Positions 23,348-33,685 of a DNA stretch of 33,697 nucleotides are shown here, piece after piece (within the stretch, counting starts at the first letter, position 1; each line of letters starts with the position of its first letter). Below the pieces are notes generated by a model. It was not told the DNA's origin. It saw only the letters and a list, made by a program, of their open reading frames with translations, and ran no database searches. Source of the stretch: a virus. Lineage: Duplodnaviria; Caudoviricetes. The stretch spans positions 1 to 33,697 of IMG/VR virus record IMGVR_UViG_3300044644_000765; one strand, written 5' to 3'. The translations under genes and the position numbers were made by a program.

Positions 23348-25551
23348 TGGCACAAGAAGAAATAATTTTTAAAGTAGGAGTTGACACGGGGGATAGTGTC
23401 CAAGACGTTAATAAGGTAGGGGATGCAATTGAGAATGTAGGTAAAGATGCAAAGAAAACCGATGGTTCATTTGTTAATTTACGTAAAGAGTTAAAACAAC
23501 TTACTATTCAACTTCAGAACCTAGACCCCGCTAGTAAAGAGTTTGAAACAGTTGCTAAAAGAGCTGGTCAAATCAAAGAACAAATGAGGGGCGTTGCTGA
23601 TGCTATAAACGACGCCGACCCTGAAAAGTTTGGAGGTAAATTTCAAAGAACAGCCGAAGGAATTGCAGGTGCTTTCTCAGCGGTAACAGGTGCTCAAGCT
23701 TTATTCGGTCAACAGTCTGAAGAAATCGAAAAGCAAATGTTAAAAGTTCAGGGTGCTATTGCTTTAACACAAGGTATTAGTGCAATGAAAGAACTACGTA
23801 ATGATGCAACCGACTTATTTAATGCTGTTAAAACAGGCGGTGTAAATGCTTTTAAAGCACTTCAAAAAGCTATTGGATCAACGGGTATCGGTTTATTATT
23901 AGTAGCGTTAGGGACGTTAGTAGCTTATTGGGATGAGATAAAAACGGCAATTAGTGGCGTGTCTAAAGAGCAAGAAAAATTAAACTCACAAGCTCAGCAA
24001 AATATAAAAATCCAAGATTTAAAAAAACAAAGTCTAAGTGATCAAGATAATATATTAAAACTACAAGGTAAAAGCGAACAGGATATTTTAAAGATCAAAC
24101 AAAGACAAACAGAGCAACAAATAAAAGCATACGAAGTAGGTATTGCTAATAGCAAATCAACTTTAAAATTACAAGTTGAAGCGGAAAAAAGAAATCAAGA
24201 ATTTTTAAAGAACACCGTTCGTGTCGGGGCTGAAATAGCGGTTGTATCGTTAAGGGCTTTGGCTGCACCTTTTGACCTATTGATTAAAACATACAACACA
24301 CTTGCTTCTAAAATTGGACTAAAAGAAATTGCTTTCAGTATAAATGATGAGATTACTAAAATGACTAAGTTAGCTAGTAATACGGTGGCAAAATTAGCAT
24401 TTGATGCTGATAAAACACAAGCGGAGGGACTAAAGACAATTTACGCTCAAGAAACGACGTTAAACAAGCTTAAAAATGAACAGGCTGGTTATATCTTAGA
24501 GTCCCAGGCTTTAGACAAAAAAGCTGGTGAAGATAAAAATAAAAAAGATAAGGATAACGGTAAAAAAGCTGTAAAAACTTTAGAAGAAACTGAAAAGGAA
24601 AAATTAGATCTTAAGCGTAAACTAGAGGACTTAACGGTTGCCAATATACAGGACTCTTACACAAGGGAATCATTAGCTTTAAAGTATAAACACGAGCGTG
24701 AATTAGAGGACTTAAAAAAGCAATATGAAAATAAAAAAATATTAAAAGAGGACTATGAGAAAATGGTTCTCGAAATAGACAAAAAACAAGCAGATGAAAA
24801 GGCTAAGTTTGAGGAAGAGCAAAAGAAAATCAAAGACGAGAAAGAAATAGCAGACAAAAATAAAGCGTTTGAAGATCAAAAAGCAAGCCTAGAAGCTGAA
24901 ATAATAACCAACGCCGAGAACTTTGCGGTTAAACAACAAAAGCAGTTAGAATTAGAGAATGCAGATTATGAGCAAAAGAAACTAAATGCACAAGGTAACA
25001 AATCGCAATTAGAGTTAATAGAAGCACAACACGCCTCAAATGTTAAAGCTATAAACAAAGAAAGTGTTGATTATCAAAAAATGCTCGATGAAGAGTTGAA
25101 AAACGCTAAAATGAGTTTAGTAGATCAAACTTCTGCTATGTTTGGTGAATTAGCAAACGCTTCGGAGCAAGGTAGTGCAATTCAAAAGGCTTTTGCTATT
25201 ACTCAGTTAACGATTGACACCGCTAAATCAATTTCTTCTACTATTGCAGGAGCTACAGCAGCCGCAGCCGCAGGAGGTCCTGCTGCACCTTTTTTAATTG
25301 GTGGATATATTGCAAGTGGAATAGCAACCGTAACTAAATCAATGAGTGCGGCTAAGAAGCTATTAAATGCACCTATGCCAAATGTACAACCACCAACGGC
25401 AAGTAGACCTAATGAAACAACACAAACAACCCAACAAGGCACAACACAAGGCATACAAGCACAATCTACTTATAAGGTAGTAGTAGTTGATTCAGATATT
25501 ACAAAAATGCAAGACAAGACAAAAAAAGTTAATGCAATAAGTACTATTTAA
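23347..25551 (+). CDS. Tape measure protein
   Basis: 734 aa, helical, Ala/Lys/Glu rich; STGIGLLLVALGTLVAYW motif. Confidence 0.8.
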   Translation: MAQEEIIFKVGVDTGDSVQDVNKVGDAIENVGKDAKKTDGSFVNLRKELKQLTIQLQNLDPASKEFETVAKRAGQIKEQMRGVADAINDADPEKFGGKFQRTAEGIAGAFSAVTGAQALFGQQSEEIEKQMLKVQGAIALTQGISAMKELRNDATDLFNAVKTGGVNAFKALQKAIGSTGIGLLLVALGTLVAYWDEIKTAISGVSKEQEKLNSQAQQNIKIQDLKKQSLSDQDNILKLQGKSEQDILKIKQRQTEQQIKAYEVGIANSKSTLKLQVEAEKRNQEFLKNTVRVGAEIAVVSLRALAAPFDLLIKTYNTLASKIGLKEIAFSINDEITKMTKLASNTVAKLAFDADKTQAEGLKTIYAQETTLNKLKNEQAGYILESQALDKKAGEDKNKKDKDNGKKAVKTLEETEKEKLDLKRKLEDLTVANIQDSYTRESLALKYKHERELEDLKKQYENKKILKEDYEKMVLEIDKKQADEKAKFEEEQKKIKDEKEIADKNKAFEDQKASLEAEIITNAENFAVKQQKQLELENADYEQKKLNAQGNKSQLELIEAQHASNVKAINKESVDYQKMLDEELKNAKMSLVDQTSAMFGELANASEQGSAIQKAFAITQLTIDTAKSISSTIAGATAAAAAGGPAAPFLIGGYIASGIATVTKSMSAAKKLLNAPMPNVQPPTASRPNETTQTTQQGTTQGIQAQSTYKVVVVDSDITKMQDKTKKVNAISTI

Positions 25552-25589
25552 CATAATATTTTTTATATTTACAAAAACGTTCTTTTATT

Positions 25590-26117
25590 ATGCTACCTTT
25601 TTACGAATTGGTTATCGACGAGTCTAATGATACAGGTGTTGATTTTAATGCCTTTGTATTAAGACCTGCACACGGAAAGCCCTATTTTGCATTTAACAAA
25701 GAGCAAAAAATTCAGTATTTCTTTAATGAAGAAAAAAGAATTGTTACGGGCGTTATGATGAGTGCCAACACTCCGATATATCGAAGTAATCCAGACCGAT
25801 TCGTATTATTTAAAGGTGAAACAATAAAGGCAATAAGAACGAAATTCCACACAAACGGATTCCACAATAATGTGAACGAGGAACACAATCCAGATTTAAA
25901 ACTTGAGGGTGTTAATATGATATCTAGTTATATCGTTTCTCATCCCTCACACATTCCAAGCCAATTTAAAGCAATGAATTTACAAAACGGGACATGGATA
26001 GCTTCATACAAAATTAACAATCCTACGGTATGGAATAAAATTAAAAAAGGGGAGTTTAGTGGGTATTCTGTAGAAGGATATTTCGATCAAAAAGAAATTA
26101 AAATAAAAACAAAATAA
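25590..26117 (+). CDS. XkdF-like prohead serine protease
   Basis: EKRIVTG, VNEEH, GTWIASYKI..VWNKIKKGEFSGYSVEG. Confidence 0.8.
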   Translation: MLPFYELVIDESNDTGVDFNAFVLRPAHGKPYFAFNKEQKIQYFFNEEKRIVTGVMMSANTPIYRSNPDRFVLFKGETIKAIRTKFHTNGFHNNVNEEHNPDLKLEGVNMISSYIVSHPSHIPSQFKAMNLQNGTWIASYKINNPTVWNKIKKGEFSGYSVEGYFDQKEIKIKTK

Positions 26118-26618
26118 ATGAGTAAATCAATTTTCGATTTCTTCAAGAGAGAAGAAAACAAAATAGTTTTTTCGGAAGTAAAGACTATTGATGGGATTGT
26201 TCTACAATATGATGGTGAACTAAAAGCGGACACCGGAAATAATGACGGAACAAAACTTTTTGTATTGGATGAGCAAGGCAACCAAATTCCTGCACCAGAA
26301 GGTGAATACCAAGTTGAATATGAAGATCAACTATGGGTTGCATCTATTGACGTGAATGGTGTTCTAGTGAAATTAGAAGCTGTTAACGTAGAAGAGGAGC
26401 CTATGTCTGAAGAGGAGCCTGTAAATGAAATGATGTCAAAACAAGAATTTGATGCAATCATTCAACAAGTTATCACAGATACAGATTCAAGAATTACAGC
26501 ATTAGAGGCGAAATTTGCTGAGTTGTTAGAAGTAAAAGAAAGTAAGTTTAAAGACGAAAGAAAAAAAGTTGAAATGTCGAAAGAACTTACAGTAAGAGAA
26601 ATATTAACTAAAAAATAA
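26118..26618 (+). CDS. Putative scaffolding protein
   Basis: Acidic, PAPEGEY, C-terminal coiled coil; between protease and capsid genes. Confidence 0.6.
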   Translation: MSKSIFDFFKREENKIVFSEVKTIDGIVLQYDGELKADTGNNDGTKLFVLDEQGNQIPAPEGEYQVEYEDQLWVASIDVNGVLVKLEAVNVEEEPMSEEEPVNEMMSKQEFDAIIQQVITDTDSRITALEAKFAELLEVKESKFKDERKKVEMSKELTVREILTKK

Positions 26619-26626
26619 AAATCAAA

Positions 26627-27595
26627 ATGTCAATCAAAAGAACATTAAAAGAAAAGTTCGGTTACGATGTATCTGGACTAGCTGCTTGGAAAGATAATAC
26701 ACTTCCAAACATTACACCAGATTTAATATCTACGTCTCGATTTTTAGAGAAATTGATGTTGGAAGAAGGTGTAAAAGGATCTAGAGAAATCGCATTATTA
26801 TCTTCATCTGTAGCGTTACAAGCGAAGGCTGCGTGTACACCATCACCAGATGGATCAGTTGTTTTCACGGAAAAAGTTTTAACTACTAAACCATTATACA
26901 TGGGTGTTGAGTTTTGTAACGAAACTTTAAACACAAAAATGACTCAGGTATTGAATGCTTTAGGGATGAAGAATCAAGAAGGTCAACTTCCTGCACCACT
27001 TGAAACTATCTTAATGGCTTACTTAACTAAACAATTACAGAAAAAAGCTGAGAGATTAGTATGGTTGGGTGACACTGCATCTTTAGATACTGAATTAGTA
27101 CATTTTGACGGATTAGTTAAAGCATTGAAAGCAGATACAGCGGTATTAAAAACTACTACTACATTTGCAACTTTGACTACTTCAAACGCTTATGATGCTG
27201 CTTATGAAGTATTCACTAAAATCCCTGCTGAGATTTTCGACAACCAAATGGAAATCGCTTTATACACTGGTCGTACAGAGGCTTTAGCTATTATTTCTGA
27301 TTGGAATGCTTCTAACGCTTACGATCGTATTCAATACACTTCAGAAGGTGGTTCTATTCGCTTTATTTTACCACAAACAAACGTAGAAGTAATTACTGTA
27401 CCTGCGTTAGACGGTCAAAACGAAATCTTTGCTATTCCTACAGCGTTAGTGTTCTTAGGAGTTGACGCTAGAGAAGATGAAAACTTTGATATTAAATACG
27501 ACGCTTACAATGAGAAATTGAAGGTTGATACTTCTTTCAGATTAGGTGTACAATACGTATTTCCTCAATATTTCGTGAGAGTTAAAAGAGCTTAA
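26627..27595 (+). CDS. Major capsid protein
   Basis: 322 aa after protease/scaffold; ERLVWLGD...FDGLVK; followed by a terminator. Confidence 0.8.
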   Translation: MSIKRTLKEKFGYDVSGLAAWKDNTLPNITPDLISTSRFLEKLMLEEGVKGSREIALLSSSVALQAKAACTPSPDGSVVFTEKVLTTKPLYMGVEFCNETLNTKMTQVLNALGMKNQEGQLPAPLETILMAYLTKQLQKKAERLVWLGDTASLDTELVHFDGLVKALKADTAVLKTTTTFATLTTSNAYDAAYEVFTKIPAEIFDNQMEIALYTGRTEALAIISDWNASNAYDRIQYTSEGGSIRFILPQTNVEVITVPALDGQNEIFAIPTALVFLGVDAREDENFDIKYDAYNEKLKVDTSFRLGVQYVFPQYFVRVKRA

Positions 27596-27605
27596 TTATT
27601 AATCT

Positions 27606-27626
27606 AGGGGTGTAAAGCCCCTTTTT
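27606..27626 (+). terminator. Rho-independent terminator
   Basis: AGGGG-TGTAAAG-CCCCT-TTTT. Confidence 0.75.
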
Positions 27627-27640
27627 AAAATATTAAAAAT

Positions 27641-28165
27641 ATGTGCGAATTAAGTGCGGGATTTAATGCCCTAAATTGTGACTCGGCTGGAGGTGTTGCT
27701 ACACTTTACATAGGGTCATTAAGAGATGCAACTACAGGAGCTGCTAACTATACGTATACACGTACGGATGGAACTGTTTCAGCGATGGCAAATGTAGGAG
27801 CTAAATTATTCTATACAGTAACTGTAGATGCTGAAATGTCTGATTTTACTGTTAATGCTATCGGTTCACGTGAAAACGCTTCGACTGGTTTCGAAATAAC
27901 AGGAAACATCAAATTGGCTGGTAACACAGCTACAATGATTGAACAATTAGAAAAATTATCTAAGGATCGTGTTTGTGTTATTGCTAAATTAAACGATGGT
28001 ACTAACGAAATTTTAGGTATCGACAATGGTTGTAAGTTCTTGTTTAATCGTGTTTCGGGAACGAAGTTTGATGATATGAACGGAGTTACTTTAACTTTCT
28101 CAGGACGTGAAAAGAAAAATTGTCCTAAGGTATCTGATGTTATAGTAGCTGCTTTATTAGTATAA
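27641..28165 (+). CDS. Major tail tube protein (putative)
   Basis: MC.L..G....C....GG, GIDNG, SGTKFDDMNGVTLTFSGRE pattern. Confidence 0.65.
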   Translation: MCELSAGFNALNCDSAGGVATLYIGSLRDATTGAANYTYTRTDGTVSAMANVGAKLFYTVTVDAEMSDFTVNAIGSRENASTGFEITGNIKLAGNTATMIEQLEKLSKDRVCVIAKLNDGTNEILGIDNGCKFLFNRVSGTKFDDMNGVTLTFSGREKKNCPKVSDVIVAALLV

Positions 28166-28188
28166 TTAGAATTATGTTAAATAGAATT

Positions 28189-28217
28189 AGGGGATTATTA
28201 GTTTAGTCCCCTTTTTT
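28189..28217 (+). terminator. Rho-independent terminator
   Basis: AGGGGATTA-TTAGTT-TAGTCCCCT followed by a T run. Confidence 0.75.
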
Positions 28218-28229
28218 AATACTTATATT

Positions 28230-28421
28230 ATGGAATATTTAGAAAATTTCAAAGGTCAAAACGTCTATATAGATAAAATCAAAGGTTTTTTAGTGGCAAA
28301 TGATGAGAATAAAGATATTTTATTTAAATTATTACCTAATATTTTTGTAGAAATCACTAACTTTAACGAAACAAAATCAAAGAAACGTGTTCTTTCTAGT
28401 CGAAAAAAACCAAAACAATAG
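28230..28421 (+). CDS. Hypothetical protein
   Basis: 63 aa with basic tail. Confidence 0.55.
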   Translation: MEYLENFKGQNVYIDKIKGFLVANDENKDILFKLLPNIFVEITNFNETKSKKRVLSSRKKPKQ

Positions 28422-28758
28422 CATTTGTTTGACTCTTAACGAGAAAATGAATGATAACTATCCTGAAACATGGTTGTTTAGGTTTGTAAATGAACAATCA
28501 AAAAAAGAATATTACTGCAATCTAACGGATTTATCTACCTCCAAAAAGCGTTTTAATCTATTCAACTTATACGAGGGTACTAGTATCACTTTACCTTTGG
28601 GTGATTATAGTTATTTCGTTTATCAAATGGAGATTGAAGACGAAGAAAATTATACATTAGGCTTTTTATGTGAACAAGGTAAAGCAAGAGTGAAAACTGA
28701 TTCAACTCCTATACCTACATTCACGCAAACAACAACAATAAAGAACATTTATGAGTGA
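28387..28758 (+). CDS. Hypothetical virion protein
   Basis: GTG start; RFNLF, GDYSYFVYQ, EQGKARV; precedes the portal. Confidence 0.6.
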   Translation: MFFLVEKNQNNSICLTLNEKMNDNYPETWLFRFVNEQSKKEYYCNLTDLSTSKKRFNLFNLYEGTSITLPLGDYSYFVYQMEIEDEENYTLGFLCEQGKARVKTDSTPIPTFTQTTTIKNIYE

Positions 28759-30628
28759 TAACTATATATTTAGAGAAGCGAAAATTCCTTTACCAATTGA
28801 AAAGCAGAAAGCTGGTCAAACGTGGGTAAGTTGGGGGGAGAATAACGACTATCCTCAATTTTTAATTGGACTTTACTATAATAGTTCTATTCATGGGGGA
28901 ATAGTTAACTCTAAAGTAAAATATATTGCTTCAAGTGGCTTGGATGCTCAAACAACTGATTTACCTAAATGGGAATTAATCAAAAAGAATGGTAACGCTC
29001 CTTTTAGCTTAGATGAGATCAGTTTAATGATAGCAAAAGATTTTGAGTTATTAGACTCGTTTGCTATAATGTTTAGAAAAAATCCTATTTCTAAATTTTG
29101 GGACGCTCACCATGTATCTACAGAATTGATTCGTAAAGGTGAAGATTCTAGTTTCTTCTACTACTCAGAAAATTGGAAGGAACGTAACCAAAGTGAAGAA
29201 AAAACAGGGTTTAAAAAGATCAAGAATATTGAAGATTTAAGCTTAGAAGATAAAGAATGTTTGTTATATGTTAGCTCAAGAAGTAAACAGCATATAATCG
29301 ACGAAAAAACAGGTCTATTGACTAAATCCGTTTACCCTATTCCATCTTATTCTGGAGCTATTAAGTCAATCATGGCGTCTATTGAAATGAACTATTTTAG
29401 ATATTCAGAGGTTGTAAATAGTTTCAAGGGTGGCACAATGATAAACATTCCAACCGGTGCACCAGATAATGAGCATGATAAAAAGAAATTAATTGCACAA
29501 CTAAAAGGTGAGGCAACTGAAAGAGATAAACAAGGTGGAATAGTAGTAACATTTTCTAGAGGTTCTGAAAACGCCCCAACTGTTACGCAAATAAACGGGA
29601 ATAATTTAGATCAACGTTACCTATTAACACAGGAAAGTATCATCGACGATATTATGGTTGGTCATTCTGTAATTAGTCCTACTTTATTCTCAATTAAAAC
29701 AGCTGGTCAATTAGGTGGGTCAAGTGAGTTAGAAACAGCGTATCAATTATTCATGAACAACTACGCTTTAGAACGTCAAAAGATAATTACAGATGCTTTG
29801 CAGTACGCACATTATACGCTTAATAGTTTTGTAGGGGATATATTTTTTATAAGTAAACCTTTAAATTTAAGCGGTAAAACGGAGGAAGTTTCTGAGATAG
29901 CTAAAAAAATAAACGTATTAGAGCCTAATTTGCAAAATGTAGTATTAGGTAAATTAACAATAAACGAGTTACGTGGATTAGCTGGTTTAAATCCTTTACC
30001 AAACGGTGACGTGATTCAACAATCATTCAAAAATGAAGTTAGCGACGAAACTGTAATTTCATGGTTTTCTGAATTAGGACGTACGGAATACAAAGAGGTT
30101 TATTCTCAACAAGTAAAGGATTTTTCTAAACTTGAAATGAGTGAAAAAGAATTACTTTCAAAATATTCATTTGCTAACGACTTAACGGCTGATCAATTGA
30201 AAATAGTTGAAATGATTAACAACGGAGAAAGCTACGGAGCTATTGTGAAAGCAATAGACAAAGGTGCTACTTATGTATCTAGGCAACTAGTAGAGTTGGA
30301 AAAGTTAGGAATGATTAAAGGCTTTGAACTAACGCCAAAAGGAAAAACAAATGTAGGTGAAGTTTCTTTCGAGGTTGTTTACCAATACCGTGAACGTGAA
30401 GGAATACCTCCATTAAAAGGTGAAAGCCGCCCTTTTTGTAAGAACTTAATTAATTTAAAAAGAGTGTTTACACGTGAGGAAATCGACCAGATTACAGCAC
30501 GTTTAAAAGCAAACGGAATAGATAGAAATGTCTGGGAATATAAGGGCGGATGGTACACTAATCCAGAAACAGGAGTACATACACCTTCATGCAGGCACAC
30601 GTTTTTCCAAATCGTTATAAATAAGTAA
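28751..30628 (+). CDS. Portal protein with C-terminal wHTH-like and MuF-like extension
   Basis: WGENNDYPQFL..LYYNSSIHGGIVNSK, YPIPSY, LTINELRGLAGL; then an HTH-like segment and SRPFC...YKGG...CRH. Confidence 0.8.
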   Translation: MSDNYIFREAKIPLPIEKQKAGQTWVSWGENNDYPQFLIGLYYNSSIHGGIVNSKVKYIASSGLDAQTTDLPKWELIKKNGNAPFSLDEISLMIAKDFELLDSFAIMFRKNPISKFWDAHHVSTELIRKGEDSSFFYYSENWKERNQSEEKTGFKKIKNIEDLSLEDKECLLYVSSRSKQHIIDEKTGLLTKSVYPIPSYSGAIKSIMASIEMNYFRYSEVVNSFKGGTMINIPTGAPDNEHDKKKLIAQLKGEATERDKQGGIVVTFSRGSENAPTVTQINGNNLDQRYLLTQESIIDDIMVGHSVISPTLFSIKTAGQLGGSSELETAYQLFMNNYALERQKIITDALQYAHYTLNSFVGDIFFISKPLNLSGKTEEVSEIAKKINVLEPNLQNVVLGKLTINELRGLAGLNPLPNGDVIQQSFKNEVSDETVISWFSELGRTEYKEVYSQQVKDFSKLEMSEKELLSKYSFANDLTADQLKIVEMINNGESYGAIVKAIDKGATYVSRQLVELEKLGMIKGFELTPKGKTNVGEVSFEVVYQYREREGIPPLKGESRPFCKNLINLKRVFTREEIDQITARLKANGIDRNVWEYKGGWYTNPETGVHTPSCRHTFFQIVINK

Positions 30629-30631
30629 GTT

Positions 30632-31153
30632 ATGGCACATTTAATTAGCACAACAAATTTAAAAGCGTTATCTTACATTAGTTCAAATGTGGATGATCTT
30701 TTACTTTCTACTTTAATCACTAGGGTACAAGACACTGTTTTAGAGTCGATTCTAGGGAGTCAATTATTTAATAGACTTTTAACGGGTGTGGATAACGACG
30801 ATTTAAACCCTGATGAGGTTCTTTTGTTAGACACTTATATTAGTCCTTGTTTAGTTTCAGCTGTTGAAAAAAGAGCTACTGATATGACTACTTTGGAACT
30901 AAGACAAATTGGAGTATCTAGAGTTAGCTCGGAGGGCGTAAACACTGTAAATGAAGCTGAATTAAACCGTTTAAGCAACTCTTTAAATAAAGACTATAAT
31001 TTCTACAGAGAAAGGCTAATAAGGTTCTTAAAATTGAATTATACGGTTTATCCTGAATACACTTCTTATTATGATTATCTTTACCCGTGTGATGATCTAA
31101 ACCAGATTAATCCAGATAGGGGCTTTTCAGATACAAATATAAACTTCGCATGA
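30632..31153 (+). CDS. Head-tail adaptor (DUF6712-like)
   Basis: NVDDLLL..I..VQD..LESILG..LF, YRERLIRFL. Confidence 0.6.
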   Translation: MAHLISTTNLKALSYISSNVDDLLLSTLITRVQDTVLESILGSQLFNRLLTGVDNDDLNPDEVLLLDTYISPCLVSAVEKRATDMTTLELRQIGVSRVSSEGVNTVNEAELNRLSNSLNKDYNFYRERLIRFLKLNYTVYPEYTSYYDYLYPCDDLNQINPDRGFSDTNINFA

Positions 31154-31770
31154 TAACGAGCATAAACCAACTTTCAGCGGAGCTTAAGGCTATTCAGGAC
31201 TCACACTATCAATTGAATTCTTATTACTTTGGTGAGTTTAATTTAGCCCTACAAAATAGGGAGTTAGAATATCCTTTACTAGTTTGTGATTATAACAACG
31301 GATCTATTAATATATCTAACACTTCGGTGCAATTATTCATAATAGTAGCAGATAAGGTTTATAAAGATAATTCTAATTTAATAGAAACTAAGTCGGACAC
31401 GCTACAAATTTGCAGAGATATATTTAACGTAATGAAGAAATCCCAAAGGTGGCAAGTTTTAGGACGTGTTACACAAGGGAATGTGACTTCATTTGTTGAA
31501 AGGGGAAAAGATGAGGTTGCAGGGCATGTAATGAATGTGACAATTGAGCTAAGAGATACAAACGGTATTTGTGATTTACCTTTGAACGGGTACGATTTTG
31601 GAGGTTCTGGAGCTTATGCGTGTGATCCTGTTTTAATCGTGAATTCAAATGGTACTTTCAGCGTGTCGGTTGCAAGTGGCTCAACTTATGAGTTGGAAGA
31701 TATGATTTTTGAGGTATATGTAAATAGTAATTTTAAAGAAGATATAACAATAATAACACTAGATAATTAA
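31150..31770 (+). CDS. Tail terminator-like neck protein
   Basis: YPLL, SDTLQICRDI, FVER..DEVAG, CDLP. Confidence 0.55.
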   Translation: MITSINQLSAELKAIQDSHYQLNSYYFGEFNLALQNRELEYPLLVCDYNNGSINISNTSVQLFIIVADKVYKDNSNLIETKSDTLQICRDIFNVMKKSQRWQVLGRVTQGNVTSFVERGKDEVAGHVMNVTIELRDTNGICDLPLNGYDFGGSGAYACDPVLIVNSNGTFSVSVASGSTYELEDMIFEVYVNSNFKEDITIITLDN

Positions 31771-31772
31771 TT

Positions 31773-32969
31773 ATGGCAAATACTGTAAATATTACCATTG
31801 ATAAGGCGTCAATGGGATTAGATCAAGTTAACAACACAAGCGACGTTAACAAGCCAATTTCAACAGCTACGCAAACAGCTCTGAATGGTAAAGAAGATGT
31901 GTCTAACAAGTCGACAAATACAAGTTTGGGAACCTCGGACACGCTTTATCCAAGTCAAAACGCTGTTAAAACGTATGTAGATACTGCTGTTAGTGGTGCA
32001 ACTATACCAACGTTAGACCAGGTTACAACCTCTGGAGCTATTACGGATAACCCTATTACAGTGGCTAACGTAACCTTTTCAAATAGTATGACTTCTAGTG
32101 AGCACGCTGTTCAAAGATTAACCACTAATAAAAAGGTTTCAATGAAAGCGGATGGTGAGATAATAGTTAACACAAACGGGAACTTTGAAGCGTCTTTAAA
32201 AGCTACTAATTTAACAGCAAATGTAAATATTGAGCTACCTAATAAAGCGGCTGGAACTTATACACTTGCCACAACTGATATTATAGGAGCTGCAAATGGA
32301 GTGGCTGAATTAGATGGTACGGGAAAAGTTCCAAGTTCACAACTACCGTCTTATGTGGATGATGTTGAAGAGTACGCCAATTTAGCTGCATTCCCTGTTA
32401 CGGGAGAAAGTGGTAAGATATACATTGCTTTAGATACAAATTTAACTTATAGGTGGGGGGGTACTGCATACGTTGAAATTAGTCCAAGCCTTGCATTAGG
32501 TGAAACCTCATCAAGTGCTTACAGAGGTGACCGAGGCAAAATTGCTTATGATCATTCACAAAGTACAGGTAATCCACACGGAGCGACTACAAATGACATT
32601 TCAGATTATACAAATAAACGTTATGTAACAGACGCACAATTAACAGCAATTGACAACGCAGCAACTAAAAATTTAACCTTAGACCGAAAAACAGCATCCT
32701 ACACGTTAGTATCTGGAGATAATAACAAGTTAATCGAAATGAACGTTGCAACTGCTAATAACGTAACTATAAACAATAGTGTGTTTAGTGCAGGAAATCA
32801 AATTTTAGTTTCTCAATATGGAGCTGGTCAAGTTACATTCGTAGCAGGTGCTGGAGTTACTTTAAGAAGTCCGAGCGGAAAATTAAAGTTAACGGGTCAA
32901 TATTCAATGGTTTCAATTATTTGTATTTCAGCAACGGAGTTTTATATTAGTGGTGATTTAACAGCGTAA
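31773..32969 (+). CDS. Tail fibre protein
   Basis: GLDQVNNTSDVNKPISTATQTAL, LDGTGKVPSSQLPSYVDDV, AYRGDRG, QYGAGQVTF...SGDLTA modules. Confidence 0.75.
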   Translation: MANTVNITIDKASMGLDQVNNTSDVNKPISTATQTALNGKEDVSNKSTNTSLGTSDTLYPSQNAVKTYVDTAVSGATIPTLDQVTTSGAITDNPITVANVTFSNSMTSSEHAVQRLTTNKKVSMKADGEIIVNTNGNFEASLKATNLTANVNIELPNKAAGTYTLATTDIIGAANGVAELDGTGKVPSSQLPSYVDDVEEYANLAAFPVTGESGKIYIALDTNLTYRWGGTAYVEISPSLALGETSSSAYRGDRGKIAYDHSQSTGNPHGATTNDISDYTNKRYVTDAQLTAIDNAATKNLTLDRKTASYTLVSGDNNKLIEMNVATANNVTINNSVFSAGNQILVSQYGAGQVTFVAGAGVTLRSPSGKLKLTGQYSMVSIICISATEFYISGDLTA

Positions 32970-32971
32970 TT

Positions 32972-33685
32972 ATGATAGTAGCAACTCATGGAATATTAGC
33001 AAACTCAGCACCTACCAGCACATTAAACAATAGTTTATATGCTGTTTATAATGCAGAAAATAACACTAACGACTCATTAGGTTCTTATAACGGAACTGCT
33101 AACGGAGGATTAACATACACAACGGGTAAAATAAACAATGCGTTTCAATTTAACGGGTCTAATGCCTATGTGAGAATACCAAAAACAACAAATAATTTTG
33201 ATTTTATAGGGAATTTTTCAATTAGTTGTTGGTTTAATCAAACAAATGTTGGTGCTTTATTCAATAATTATTATTCTATATCAAATTCGAATAGATATGG
33301 CTATTATTTGTATCTGCAAGGTGGTAGGGTAAGGTTTGCGACTTACAAAGGTAACACGGGAGGAACATCTGCATCTAATGTAGGTCAGGCAGGAATGGTA
33401 ATCAATACAAATACATGGTATCATGTAGTCGTAACAAAAGTAGTTGGAAATGCGTTTAAAATATATATAAATAATGTGTTGCAATCATTAACAGTTATAG
33501 ATGGAGATCTAAGTTTACATCCTGTGTATAGTCCGTTAACTACAATTAATTTAGGTGCAGAGCAGGGTCAAGCTTATTTCTTGAATGGGAAAATAGATGC
33601 TTTAAATGTTTGGACTAAAGAATTGACAACCACTGAAATAACAGAATTATATAACTCTGGTAACGGAAAACAATATCCTTATTAA
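32972..33685 (+). CDS. LamG/concanavalin A-like lectin, probable receptor-binding protein
   Basis: GKINNAFQFNG, FSISCWF, WYHVVVT, GKIDALNVW..EL...EITELYNSG. Confidence 0.85.
   Translation: MIVATHGILANSAPTSTLNNSLYAVYNAENNTNDSLGSYNGTANGGLTYTTGKINNAFQFNGSNAYVRIPKTTNNFDFIGNFSISCWFNQTNVGALFNNYYSISNSNRYGYYLYLQGGRVRFATYKGNTGGTSASNVGQAGMVINTNTWYHVVVTKVVGNAFKIYINNVLQSLTVIDGDLSLHPVYSPLTTINLGAEQGQAYFLNGKIDALNVWTKELTTTEITELYNSGNGKQYPY

Noticed and set aside
1531-33484. Minus-strand ORFs in the track (1531, 3531, 4336, 6935, 9786, 11155, 18096, 18897, 25203, 26087, 26662, 27811, 30379, 33281)
   Set aside because: All are antisense shadows of better-supported + strand genes and have no recognisable motifs
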